Assembly: GCA_009692365.1 (NCBI GenBank)
Contig: SHZJ01000007.1
Coordinates: 30,867-94,866, forward strand
Direction of reading: 5' to 3'
Length of the DNA: 64,000 bases
From: Gammaproteobacteria bacterium
Lineage (GTDB): Bacteria; Pseudomonadota; Gammaproteobacteria; Ga0077536
The notes below the pieces were generated by a model. It was given only the letters and a program-made list of their open reading frames with translations, made no database searches and had not been told where the DNA came from. Positions within the stretch are counted from its first letter, which is position 1. Each line of letters starts with the position of its first letter. Positions 27,881 through 36,915 of this stretch are shown piece by piece. The translations under genes were made by a program, and so were the position numbers.

Positions 27881-30046
27881 ATGAAACCCACTCGCGTCAG
27901 CCCCTCACGTAACGACCGCTGTCCCTGTGCCAGCGGTCGAAAATTTAAACGATGCTGCCTGAACAAGGCCGTGCCGCCCGCGGCCGACCAGCGCTTTGCG
28001 GCCGCCTTAGCCTACGAACGCCGTGGGGAGCACGCGGCCGCTGCGGCCATTTATGCGGAAATTCTCGTCCACACACCCAGTCATGTGCCATCGCTGCAGG
28101 CGCTCGGGCTGGTTTATTTCGGGCGCGGCGAGCGCGTAGCGGCGCTCACCTTGCTGCGCCACGCTTGCGAGCTTTCGCCCGAGGATGCCGAACTGCAGAA
28201 CAACCTTGGTGCGGTGCTCAATGAGGACCGGCAGGTCGAGGAGGCTATCGTCCACCTCCATAAAGCCATCACGCTGCGGCCCCAGTACGCCGCGGCGCAC
28301 AATAATCTGGGTAGCGCGCTGCGCGCCTACGGCAAACTGGCCGAAGCTGAACACTGCTACCGTGAGGCGCTCCGACTGCACCCGGATTTTCCGCCGGCGA
28401 TTATCAATCTGGGCAGCGTGCTACGCACGGCAGGACGCCTGACGGACGCGCTTGGCTGCTATCGCCGGGCCTTGGAGCTGATGCCATCGAGCTACGAAGG
28501 CTGGAGCAATCTCGGCAATATCCTGATGGAAACCGACCGTTTGGCCGAGTCGTTGCCCTATTTTGAGGAGGCACTGCGCCTAGCGCCGCACAGCGCGCTG
28601 GCAAACTACAATTTCGCGAACGCGCTAAAAGAGTCCGGTGCGCGCGACCGTGCTGGCCAGTTACTGGCGCGGGCGGTTGAGCTGGACCCCTCGCTAGCCG
28701 AGGCACATAACAATTTGGGTAATATTCGTCGCGAACAGGGGTGTTTGCCGCAAGCGCTCGCCTGTTTTAGTCGGGCGCTGGCAGTGCGGCCGGCGTATCA
28801 AACGGCGCATAGCAATTTGCTGTTTACCACGGCGTATATGGATGACCTCGCGCCAGCGGACATCTTTGCACTGCACTGCGGCTGGGCTGACTTGCAAGCG
28901 GCACGGGTGCCGCCACCCGCGCCGCACGACAATCTGCGCGACCCCCACAAGCGCTTAAAAATTGGCTATGTCTCACCGGATTTTCGCACCCACTCCTGCG
29001 CGCTATTTTTGGCGCCGCTGTTGTATTCGCATAACCGCTCGGTGGTGGAGGTCTACGCCTATGCTGAGGTCGCCAAACCCGACGCGGTCACCGTGCAGTT
29101 GCAGGGTCAGGTGGATGTTTGGCGCAGTACGGTGGGTTTGAGCGACGAAGAATTGGCGTCATTAATCCGTCATGACGGCATTGATGTGCTGGTCGATCTG
29201 GCAGGCCACACCGCCAATAACCGCTTATTAGCCTTGGCCCGCAAACCCGCGCCGGTGCAGGCAACCTATCTGGGTTACCCGGCGACTACCGGCTTGCCCG
29301 CCGTGGACTGGCGGATCACCGATGCCGTCACCGAGCCGCCGGGCCTAACCGAGCGCTACTACACGGAGCAGTTGTATCGTCTGCCGCACAGCCTGTGGTG
29401 CTACTTGGCGCCCTCCGACATGGGCGCGATCCCGCCGCTGCCGGCGCTCTCGCGGGGTTATGTGACCTTCGGCTCACTCAACAATTACGCCAAAGTGGGC
29501 GCGCGGGTGGTGGCTTTGTGGGCGGCGGTGCTCACGGCCGTGCCCAGCGCCCGTTTGCGGATCATGACTGTCCCGGAGGGCGAAACTCAGGCCCTGCTCA
29601 TGGCGCAGTTCGCGGCCTTGGGTATCGCGCGTGAGCGTCTGGACCTGCTCGACCGGGTGCCGCGCGATCGCTATATCCGCAGTGGTGAGGAAATCGACAT
29701 TGCGCTCGACCCTTTCCCGTGTAACGGCGGTACGACGACTTGTGACGCGCTGTGGATGGGCTTGCCGGTGGTGGCGCTCAAGGGCAACACGTTTTTGTCA
29801 CGGGCCAGTCTCAGCGTGCTGAACGCCGCCGGTTATCCGCAGTTCGCCGCCGCGCACGAAGCGCAATATATTGCGCTCTGCGTGGCGTTGGCGGGCGACC
29901 TTAACCACCTGGCTGAAATTCGCCAGAGCCTGCGCGCGCGGATGGTGGCCTCGGCACTGATGGATGTGGTGGGCTTTACCAGCGATATGGAAGCGGCTTA
30001 TCGGGCGATGTGGGTTGCGTGGTGCGAACGGCCAACCGCGCCGTGA
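27881..30046 (+). CDS. SEC-C + TPR + GT41 (O-GlcNAc transferase/SPINDLY-like) glycosyltransferase
   Basis: RNDRCPCASGRKFKRCC; repeated NNLG TPRs; RLKIGYVSPDFRTH, DLAGHT, PAPVQATYLGYPATTG, FGSLNNYAK, LDPFPCNGGTTTCDALWMGLPVV. Confidence 0.9.
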   Translation: MKPTRVSPSRNDRCPCASGRKFKRCCLNKAVPPAADQRFAAALAYERRGEHAAAAAIYAEILVHTPSHVPSLQALGLVYFGRGERVAALTLLRHACELSPEDAELQNNLGAVLNEDRQVEEAIVHLHKAITLRPQYAAAHNNLGSALRAYGKLAEAEHCYREALRLHPDFPPAIINLGSVLRTAGRLTDALGCYRRALELMPSSYEGWSNLGNILMETDRLAESLPYFEEALRLAPHSALANYNFANALKESGARDRAGQLLARAVELDPSLAEAHNNLGNIRREQGCLPQALACFSRALAVRPAYQTAHSNLLFTTAYMDDLAPADIFALHCGWADLQAARVPPPAPHDNLRDPHKRLKIGYVSPDFRTHSCALFLAPLLYSHNRSVVEVYAYAEVAKPDAVTVQLQGQVDVWRSTVGLSDEELASLIRHDGIDVLVDLAGHTANNRLLALARKPAPVQATYLGYPATTGLPAVDWRITDAVTEPPGLTERYYTEQLYRLPHSLWCYLAPSDMGAIPPLPALSRGYVTFGSLNNYAKVGARVVALWAAVLTAVPSARLRIMTVPEGETQALLMAQFAALGIARERLDLLDRVPRDRYIRSGEEIDIALDPFPCNGGTTTCDALWMGLPVVALKGNTFLSRASLSVLNAAGYPQFAAAHEAQYIALCVALAGDLNHLAEIRQSLRARMVASALMDVVGFTSDMEAAYRAMWVAWCERPTAP

Positions 30047-32427
30047 ACGTGCAAGATTTGCTGCAGCAGGCTCTGGCGCAGCACCAGTCCGGGCGTTTTG
30101 AGGAGGCCGCGGCAAGCTGTCGAGAAGTCCTTAAGGCACACCGCGACAACGTCGATGCCTTGCATTTTCTGGCGCTCACGCAGCGTGAGCGCGGCGCGTT
30201 TGAGGAAGCGCAAGGCCTGCTGCTGAGGGTGGTTAAGCTGCGCCCGAAGTTTGCGGCAGCGCACGGAAATCTGGGTTTGGTCTACGCCGACCGGCAGCTT
30301 TTTCCGCAAGCGGACGCGGCTTACCGGCGCGCGTTAGCGCTTAACGCCGAGCTGCCAGAAACTTGGTTTAATCTGGGTAATCTGCTGCGCGCTACCGGCA
30401 AGCCCGAGGAGGCCATCGTCTGCTATGGCCACGCGCTGCAACGCAAAGCGCTCGCCGGTGCACAGCATAATTTGGCCGAGGCGCTGATCGAGACCGGCGA
30501 ACCTGCGCGCGCGGTGGCACATTTTCGGGCCGCGCTGGAATTGGCACCGCAATCCCCTTTGATTTGGCACCGGCTGGGCAGCACGCTGCAGTCGTTGGGG
30601 GCTTTTGAAGCAGCGCTTCCCTGCCTGTTCCGCGCCACGCAACAGGCACCCGATTCCGCCGCAGCACAGAACGACTTCGGCAACGCACTCAACGATTTTG
30701 GCCGCACACCAGAAGCCGCCGCCTGCTACGAGCGCGCGCTGGCGCTTAAGCCCGGCTTGATCGAAGCGTGGAACAATCTTGGCAACGCGCAGCGCAAGCT
30801 GGGGCTGCTGCGCGAGGCCGAAGCCTCTTTCCGGCGTGCGCTGGCCGAAAAACCCGACTTCGCTGAGGCCTATCTCAATCTCGGCATCGTGCTCAAAATT
30901 GCCAACCGGGCAGAGGAGGCAATTTATTGCTTCCGGGAGGCGCTGATCCATCAGCCTGGTTTGGTTCAGGCGCATAACAATTTGGGGGTCGTGTTTACCG
31001 AAGGTGGCCGACACGCCGAGGCTATCGCCGAACTCCAGAGCGCGCTTGCCATCCGGCCGCAGTTTGCCGAGGCCTGGAACAATCTGGGTAATGTTTACAA
31101 AAATGCGGGCGAACTGCCGGCCGCGCTAGAGGCTTTTGCCCAGGCGCTCGAGTACCAGCCCGATTACACCGTTGCGCACAGTAATTATTTGTTCACGCTT
31201 AATTTTATCGACGGTGTGAGCGCGGACCACATTGCGCAGGCGCATCGTGACTGGGGCCTTCGTCATGTCGCAGGTATCGCCGTAGGCGCGCCGTACGCGA
31301 ACTCTCCAGAGCCCCACCGGCGGCTTAAAATTGCCTATATCTCGCCAGATTTTCGCCATCACGCCTGCGCGTTTTTTATCGAGCCACTGCTGCGCGAGCA
31401 CGACCGCTCGCAGGTGGAGGTGTACGCCTACGCGGAACTCGCCCAGCCCGACGCCATGACGCTGCGCCTGAAAAAGCACGTGGACGTGTGGCGCAGTATT
31501 ACCGGGTTGCCCGATCAACAGGTGGCCGAGGTGATTCGCGCCGATGGCATCGATGTGCTCATTGACCTTGCGGGCCATACCGCCAATGGCCGCTTGCTGA
31601 CCTTGGCGCGCCGGCCCGCGCCGGTGCAGGTGACCTATCTGGGTTATCCCGCTACCACCGGGCTGACGGCCATTGATTGGCGCTTGACCGATGGCGTGAC
31701 GGAGCCGACCGAGTGCAGCGACGCTTGGTACACCGAGCAGCTGTACCGTCTGCCCCATAGCCTGTGGTGTTATCAACCGTTCGCGGACATGGGCCCAAGC
31801 ACGGCCTTGCCGGCGCTGGCCCGCGGGCAGATAAGTTTTGGCTCCTTTAACAGCTACGCCAAAATTGGGCCACGCGTGGTGGCGCTGTGGGCGGCAGTTC
31901 TGCGCGCCTTGCCTAACGCTCGTCTGGTGATGATCACGGTGCCCGCGGGGGACGCGCAAGAATTACTCTGGCAGGAGTTTGCCCGCCTGGAGATCCCCCG
32001 TGAACGGGTGGCGTTGCACGAGCGCTTACCGCGCGCAGCTTATGTGAAGCTGTTTTCTGAGGTAGATATTGCCCTTGACCCGTTTCCTTGCAACGGTGGC
32101 ACGACCACCTGTGATGCGCTCTGGATGGGACTGCCGGTGGTGGCCTTGCAAGGTGACACGTTTTTATCGCGCGCGAGTTTGAGCGTTCTCACCGCCGCCG
32201 GGTGCGCGGAATTTTCTGCCCGCGACGAGCGTGCTTATGTCGAGCGCTGTGTTGGGTTAGCCGCCGATTGGGATGCCCTGAGTACACTTCGCCACGGCTT
32301 GCGGGCCCGCCTAAGCGCCTCGGCGCTGCTCAACGCACCGGCCTTTGCACGTGACATCGAGTTGGCTTATCGCCACATGTGGATGGCGTGGTGCGCCGGT
32401 ACGGCCCCCCCGGTCGCATCCGCTTAG
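30043..32427 (+). CDS. Second TPR + GT41 glycosyltransferase
   Basis: Longer TPR array and the same GT41 motifs (YISPDFRHH, DLAGHT, YLGYPATTG, NGGTTTCDALWMG). GTGA overlap with the first gene. Confidence 0.9.
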   Translation: MNVQDLLQQALAQHQSGRFEEAAASCREVLKAHRDNVDALHFLALTQRERGAFEEAQGLLLRVVKLRPKFAAAHGNLGLVYADRQLFPQADAAYRRALALNAELPETWFNLGNLLRATGKPEEAIVCYGHALQRKALAGAQHNLAEALIETGEPARAVAHFRAALELAPQSPLIWHRLGSTLQSLGAFEAALPCLFRATQQAPDSAAAQNDFGNALNDFGRTPEAAACYERALALKPGLIEAWNNLGNAQRKLGLLREAEASFRRALAEKPDFAEAYLNLGIVLKIANRAEEAIYCFREALIHQPGLVQAHNNLGVVFTEGGRHAEAIAELQSALAIRPQFAEAWNNLGNVYKNAGELPAALEAFAQALEYQPDYTVAHSNYLFTLNFIDGVSADHIAQAHRDWGLRHVAGIAVGAPYANSPEPHRRLKIAYISPDFRHHACAFFIEPLLREHDRSQVEVYAYAELAQPDAMTLRLKKHVDVWRSITGLPDQQVAEVIRADGIDVLIDLAGHTANGRLLTLARRPAPVQVTYLGYPATTGLTAIDWRLTDGVTEPTECSDAWYTEQLYRLPHSLWCYQPFADMGPSTALPALARGQISFGSFNSYAKIGPRVVALWAAVLRALPNARLVMITVPAGDAQELLWQEFARLEIPRERVALHERLPRAAYVKLFSEVDIALDPFPCNGGTTTCDALWMGLPVVALQGDTFLSRASLSVLTAAGCAEFSARDERAYVERCVGLAADWDALSTLRHGLRARLSASALLNAPAFARDIELAYRHMWMAWCAGTAPPVASA

Positions 32428-32557
32428 GTCGGGTTAAACCCACGGTATAGGCCAATGACGCCACGCCGGGGCGCGCGTTAGTTGGCGCACTGTCACTGCG
32501 GTGTTGGCCACGCGCCAACGCTGAAAATGGTAGTCCCGAGCAGATCAGATCGGCGGG

Positions 32558-33439
32558 CTAGATGCGGTCAAACCACGGGATATGCCATTCCCGCCACGCG
32601 GCGCGCTGGGCGCGCGGTGAAAAAATCTGCCAATGGGCGAGTGTTTGTGGGCGCCACGTGACCGCCGTGTTCGCCACGAGCCAGCGTTGAAAATCGCTGG
32701 CCAAACGCTCGTTCACCCACACCCGGCTGGCACCGCGCTGTAGACGCTGCCAGAGTTCAGGAAAACTTTGGGGCGCGCCGGCCACCTCGTAGACGTAGCG
32801 GGTGGTGTCGTCTTGCCCCACGAGTGCATAGCCGGGCGTGGGGCCGGTCACGCTGACCACGGCGCTGGACGGGGCCGGCAGCGGTAGTGCACGCCACGCG
32901 GCGGCATCGCGCAGCACCCGCTGGGTTGAGCAGGCTTGCTGGATGGCCTCGAGTACGGGCCAACCGGGGTGCGGGGTTGGGGGGGAGGGCCGGGTGGTGG
33001 CGGGTGCCAAGGAACCCAGAACGCCCTGGTCGTTGGGTATCCAACCTAAGCGCTGATAAAAGCCCTCTAGCCCGCTCCACAGCACGGCAAAGTCGTAACC
33101 CTGTTGGGCCAGTTGCGCCACCAGCGCGCTGAGCAGTGCGCCCGCGTGGCCCCGGCCACGGGCGGCTGGCTGGGTGTACACCATCCCCACCATGGCACCG
33201 CGAAAGTGTTCCTCCGCAACCAGCCAATCGAAGGGACGCACGGCGCAACACGTGAGGATGTCGCCATGCAATTTGCCAACGTGGAGCTGGTCGAGGTGGG
33301 TCGCGCCGAGTGCGCTGGGATAACGGGCCGCCAGCGAACCGTGGCGACCCCGTGTGGTGATAAAGGTTGCGTCGAGGGCGGCTAACAGGGTGGGCCATTC
33401 GGCTAGCGAACAAGTCCCAAGGGTCAGGTTGTTGCTCAC
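32558..33439 (-). CDS. GNAT N-acyltransferase with a C-terminal extension
   Basis: VGMVYTQPAARGRGHAGALL (motif A), FYQRLGW. GTG overlaps the upstream stop. Confidence 0.8.
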   Translation of the reverse strand: MSNNLTLGTCSLAEWPTLLAALDATFITTRGRHGSLAARYPSALGATHLDQLHVGKLHGDILTCCAVRPFDWLVAEEHFRGAMVGMVYTQPAARGRGHAGALLSALVAQLAQQGYDFAVLWSGLEGFYQRLGWIPNDQGVLGSLAPATTRPSPPTPHPGWPVLEAIQQACSTQRVLRDAAAWRALPLPAPSSAVVSVTGPTPGYALVGQDDTTRYVYEVAGAPQSFPELWQRLQRGASRVWVNERLASDFQRWLVANTAVTWRPQTLAHWQIFSPRAQRAAWREWHIPWFDRI

Positions 33440-34557
33440 CAGCCGGCGGCGATACAGCGTGCGATGCGCGTGAGATCCTCTGGGCTCAGCCACCAGCCAC
33501 AGGGGATGCACAGGTTATCTGCGTCGAAGGCTTCTACCCCCGGCAGGGGCTGGCCAGGATCCGCAAAGCAACTGTAACGGTCGTTGCGCAAGTGCAGCCG
33601 CTGGGCGGCAATGCCGTGGCGGTGCAGTTTGTTGATGAGGCTCGCCCGCCCACTGGCGCGCAGCGCATAAACCCAGTGGGCCGATTGTGCCTCGGGGTCG
33701 CGTTGCAGCCGGGTGATGCCGGGCACGTTGGCCAAAGCTGCGTCTAGCCACGCCGCGTTGGCGCGATGCCGGGCGAGGGTGTCGTCGACTTCGCGCAATT
33801 GGGCGAGCGCAAGCCCGGCGGTGAGGTCGCTCATGGCGCAGCTATAGCCCGGTTGCTGGATGTCGCTGTCGGGGTTGAGGTCGCCACCGGGGAGCCGAAA
33901 ACTCGCCTGATGGATATTGAACCGGCGGAGTTGGCGGGCGCTCTGCGCGCTCGCCGCCGCGCCGCAAAACAACGCGCCCCCTTCACCGGCGGCTAGGTGG
34001 CTCACCGCGTAAAAAGAATAAACACAGAAGTCGCTGCCCGTGGCACCCAGGGCACGCCCCCGGAAGCTGGCCGCGAACGCGCCCGAAGCTTCCTCAATCA
34101 ACGGCAGATCCAGCAAATTGGCGGCGGCTTGCAAGGCCGCGAGCGGGCCGACATCGCCAGCCCAGTGGTAGTGAATAATGGCTTTGGCGCGCCGGCTGCG
34201 CTGGTTTTTCAGGGCTTGAGGGTCGAGCATGCCAGTGTTGGGATCGATGTCGCACCACACCGGACGGGCCTGCAAATTGGCGATGGGCATGGTGGTCGAC
34301 AGGCAGGTTAGCGGGGAGAGCAGCACTTCGTCGCCGGGTGTCACACCGCACAAACGCAGGGCAAGCGTTAGCGCCCCCGCGCGGTCGCTGGTGGCGACAC
34401 AGTGCGGGTTGCCGATGCGCTCGCCGAGACGGGTTTCGAATTCATGCACGCGCGGGCCGGTGGCCAGTTGCCCGGAGGCCAATACGTGGGCTATGGCGTC
34501 GGCGGCCCCGGCCGCGATGCGGCCTTTAAAGAGCGAAATGGGTGGCTCACCAGCCAC
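33436..34557 (-). CDS. DegT/DnrJ/EryC1/StrS-family paralogue lacking the PLP lysine
   Basis: GPRVHEFE, GDEV, PVWCDID. IEEASGA replaces IEDAAHA and SFYAVSHLAAGEGG has Ser at the Lys position. GTG start 34557. Confidence 0.85.
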   Translation of the reverse strand: MAGEPPISLFKGRIAAGAADAIAHVLASGQLATGPRVHEFETRLGERIGNPHCVATSDRAGALTLALRLCGVTPGDEVLLSPLTCLSTTMPIANLQARPVWCDIDPNTGMLDPQALKNQRSRRAKAIIHYHWAGDVGPLAALQAAANLLDLPLIEEASGAFAASFRGRALGATGSDFCVYSFYAVSHLAAGEGGALFCGAAASAQSARQLRRFNIHQASFRLPGGDLNPDSDIQQPGYSCAMSDLTAGLALAQLREVDDTLARHRANAAWLDAALANVPGITRLQRDPEAQSAHWVYALRASGRASLINKLHRHGIAAQRLHLRNDRYSCFADPGQPLPGVEAFDADNLCIPCGWWLSPEDLTRIARCIAAGW

Positions 34558-35644
34558 GCCGAAGCACCGCCACGATGTGCTCGCGGGCGGCATCGTCCAC
34601 CCACCATCCGCAGGGGATATGCAGCATCCGGGCATAAAAGCGATCCAAGCCCGGTAACTCGCGACGGCTCGCCGCAAATACCGTGTGTCGGTCGTTGCGC
34701 TGGTGGGCTTTAGAGTTGCCGATACCGTGCGCCGAGAGGTGGCGCGCCAAGCCGTCTGGGTCGTCGCAAAGCAGCGTATAGAACCAGTACGAAGGTTCGG
34801 CGGCAGGTTCGAATTGGCACCCGGACAAACCCGGAATGCGCGGCAGGGAGTCGTCAAAGTAGCGACCATTGGCCTGGTGGCGGGTCAGCGCCGGGGCGAT
34901 ATGCGCCAACTGCACCAGCCCAATCGTCGCGTTGACGTTATTCATGTGGTACTTGAAGCCGACTTCGGTCACATCCACGCTGGTGCGCGAGGCGTGGCGG
35001 TCGATCCCAAACCAGCGCAGGCGGCGACCGCGCGGCAGGAGGCTGGCGTCAGCGCAGGTCAACATACCGCCATCCACGGTGGTCATGTGTTTGATCGCCT
35101 GCAGGGAGAACATGACAAACGCCGAGTGGTTCCCAATGGCGAGTCCAGCGTAGCGCGCGCCGAGGGCATGGGCCGCGTCTTCGATCACGGGCAGACCATA
35201 GCGGGCCGCGAGCGCCGTGATACTGGCCAATGGCGCCGGAATGCCGCCGTAGTGCACCACCAAAATGGCGCGGGTGCGCGGGGTAATCGCCGCTTCGATG
35301 CTAGCCGCGGTGAGATTGCCGTTCGCGGGGTCGACATCCGCCCAGCGAGGGATGCCGCCGGCGTGGAGAATGGCAAGGTTGGTGGGCTCGGCGGTCATTG
35401 CCGTGCTCACGACTTCGTCTCCGCGTTGCACCCCGGCCAGCAGTAGCGCGATATGCAGGGCTGCCGTGCCCGAATAAAACGCGAGGCAGCGCGGGTTGCC
35501 CAGCCACTCGCCGAAGCGCGCCTCGAACTCGGCAACCGGCTGGCCCTCGCTGATTTGCCCGCTATAAAGCACCTCTTGCAGGCGCGGCATCAGCGCTGCG
35601 GGCGGCGCCATCAGCACTTTAAACAGCGGAATGTCGGACTGCAC
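34547..35644 (-). CDS. DegT/DnrJ/EryC1/StrS sugar aminotransferase
   Basis: SGTAALHIAL, VHYGG, IEDAAHALG, SLQAIKHMTTVDGG (catalytic Lys present). Start uncertain (35644 or 35671). Confidence 0.9.
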   Translation of the reverse strand: MQSDIPLFKVLMAPPAALMPRLQEVLYSGQISEGQPVAEFEARFGEWLGNPRCLAFYSGTAALHIALLLAGVQRGDEVVSTAMTAEPTNLAILHAGGIPRWADVDPANGNLTAASIEAAITPRTRAILVVHYGGIPAPLASITALAARYGLPVIEDAAHALGARYAGLAIGNHSAFVMFSLQAIKHMTTVDGGMLTCADASLLPRGRRLRWFGIDRHASRTSVDVTEVGFKYHMNNVNATIGLVQLAHIAPALTRHQANGRYFDDSLPRIPGLSGCQFEPAAEPSYWFYTLLCDDPDGLARHLSAHGIGNSKAHQRNDRHTVFAASRRELPGLDRFYARMLHIPCGWWVDDAAREHIVAVLRRGW

Positions 35645-35648
35645 CGGC

Positions 35649-36656
35649 CTAGAACTTGGCAAATTCGCCATCGGCCATTTCCATTATTTCGAACTCTCGG
35701 TCCGCCAGCGCAAGCATGCGTTGCACTTCGTCGGTGCCTGTGAGGTGGTCGCCGGAGGCAAACTCGGCCTCAATTTCTTGGTAGCGGTCGGTGCTCCACC
35801 AAGGCTGCACCACGTAGTAGTCGCCGTAGTCTCGGCCCCGGACGAGTTCTTCTTCGGAGACCAGAATTTCGTGCAGTTTTTCGCCGGGCAAAATGCCGAT
35901 GACTTTATAAGCGAACGGCCGGCCGGCTTCGGCCGCCAGCACCTGCGCGATATCGGTCACTTTGGCTGCCAGCGCCTTGCGGACAAAAATCTCCCCCCCT
36001 TGGGTGTGTTCGGCGGCATACAGCACGAGATCAATGGCCTCGTTCAGGGTGAGCAGGAAGCGGGTCATGCGCTCATCGGTAATGGTCAGGGTTTGGCCTA
36101 AAGCAAGCTGGCGTCGGAAAAACGGCACCACCGAGCCGCGTGATCGCAGCACATTGCCGTAGCGCACGCAGCACAGCCGAGTGCCCTTATTGGCGCGCGA
36201 AAGATTGCCTTTAAGCACGATGCGCTCTTGCAGCGCTTTGGTCATGCCCATCACGTTGACCGGCTTGACCGCTTTATCGGTGCTGATCATCACGAAGGTT
36301 TCTACCCGCTGCCGCACCGCGCACTCCACGAGGTTTTCAGCCCCCAACACATTGGTGCGCACAGCTTCCATGGGGTGTTGCTCGCAGGTGGGCACCTGCT
36401 TGAGGGCGGCCGCGTGGAACACGATGTCGATGCCTTGCATGGCTTCGTCTACGACTTCGCGGTTGCGGATGTCGCCGATGACGAAAGTGAGGTCTTTTCG
36501 CCCCTGATAAAAGACCCGCATGTCGTACTGTTTTTTCTCGTCGCGCGACAGCACCCGCACTTCGCGGACGCCGGCGTTGAGCAGTCGGCGGACGACAAAA
36601 TTGCCGAATGACCCGGTGCCGCCGGTGACAAGAACCGTTTTGTGACGATAGTCCAT
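35649..36656 (-). CDS. UDP-GlcNAc 4,6-dehydratase, CapE/WbjB/FnlA-like
   Basis: TGGTGSFG, SRDEKKQ, FHAAALKQVP, STDKAV, MGMTK (MxxxK in place of YxxxK), RYGNV.SRGSV, PGEKLHE. Confidence 0.88.
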   Translation of the reverse strand: MDYRHKTVLVTGGTGSFGNFVVRRLLNAGVREVRVLSRDEKKQYDMRVFYQGRKDLTFVIGDIRNREVVDEAMQGIDIVFHAAALKQVPTCEQHPMEAVRTNVLGAENLVECAVRQRVETFVMISTDKAVKPVNVMGMTKALQERIVLKGNLSRANKGTRLCCVRYGNVLRSRGSVVPFFRRQLALGQTLTITDERMTRFLLTLNEAIDLVLYAAEHTQGGEIFVRKALAAKVTDIAQVLAAEAGRPFAYKVIGILPGEKLHEILVSEEELVRGRDYGDYYVVQPWWSTDRYQEIEAEFASGDHLTGTDEVQRMLALADREFEIMEMADGEFAKF

Positions 36657-36716
36657 CGTGCCCTCGTTCGGATTATTGACGCTGGCCGGGCAAAAAACCC
36701 GGTCGTGACGGGGTGA

Positions 36717-36733
36717 GGCAATCTTTGCGCCAG
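36717..36733 (-). promoter_or_regulatory. Sigma54 promoter for the sugar-biosynthesis operon
   Basis: CTGGCGCAAAGATTGCC (GG-N10-GC). Confidence 0.65.
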
Positions 36734-36795
36734 CACGGCGACGCCGCAAAAAAAGCCCCGTTCACCCCGCAGGCACGTTAAGGCCATGCTTGGAC

Positions 36796-36822
36796 TGTAG
36801 TTCCAAAAGTGGCTGCCGATAA
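36796..36822 (+). promoter_or_regulatory. Sigma28 promoter for fliST
   Basis: Perfect -10 GCCGATAA (36815-36822); weak -35 TGTA at 15-nt spacing. Confidence 0.55.
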
Positions 36823-36915
36823 GGGAAGTGTGGATGCCACACACCACCGTGCCGGGCCCTTGGGGCTAGCCGGCGTGGCGGCCACAAACCCACTACTAAT
36901 CGCGAGAGTATAGGA

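Noticed and set aside
35649-36656. PseB and a pseudaminic acid pathway
   Set aside because: The MxxxK motif and SRDEKKQ fit CapE/FnlA better, and no PseG/PseI/PseF or maf genes are present in the window.
24119-36915. Hin-like invertible phase-variation switch
   Set aside because: No recombinase in the window, and only short, weak similarities between the two junctions.
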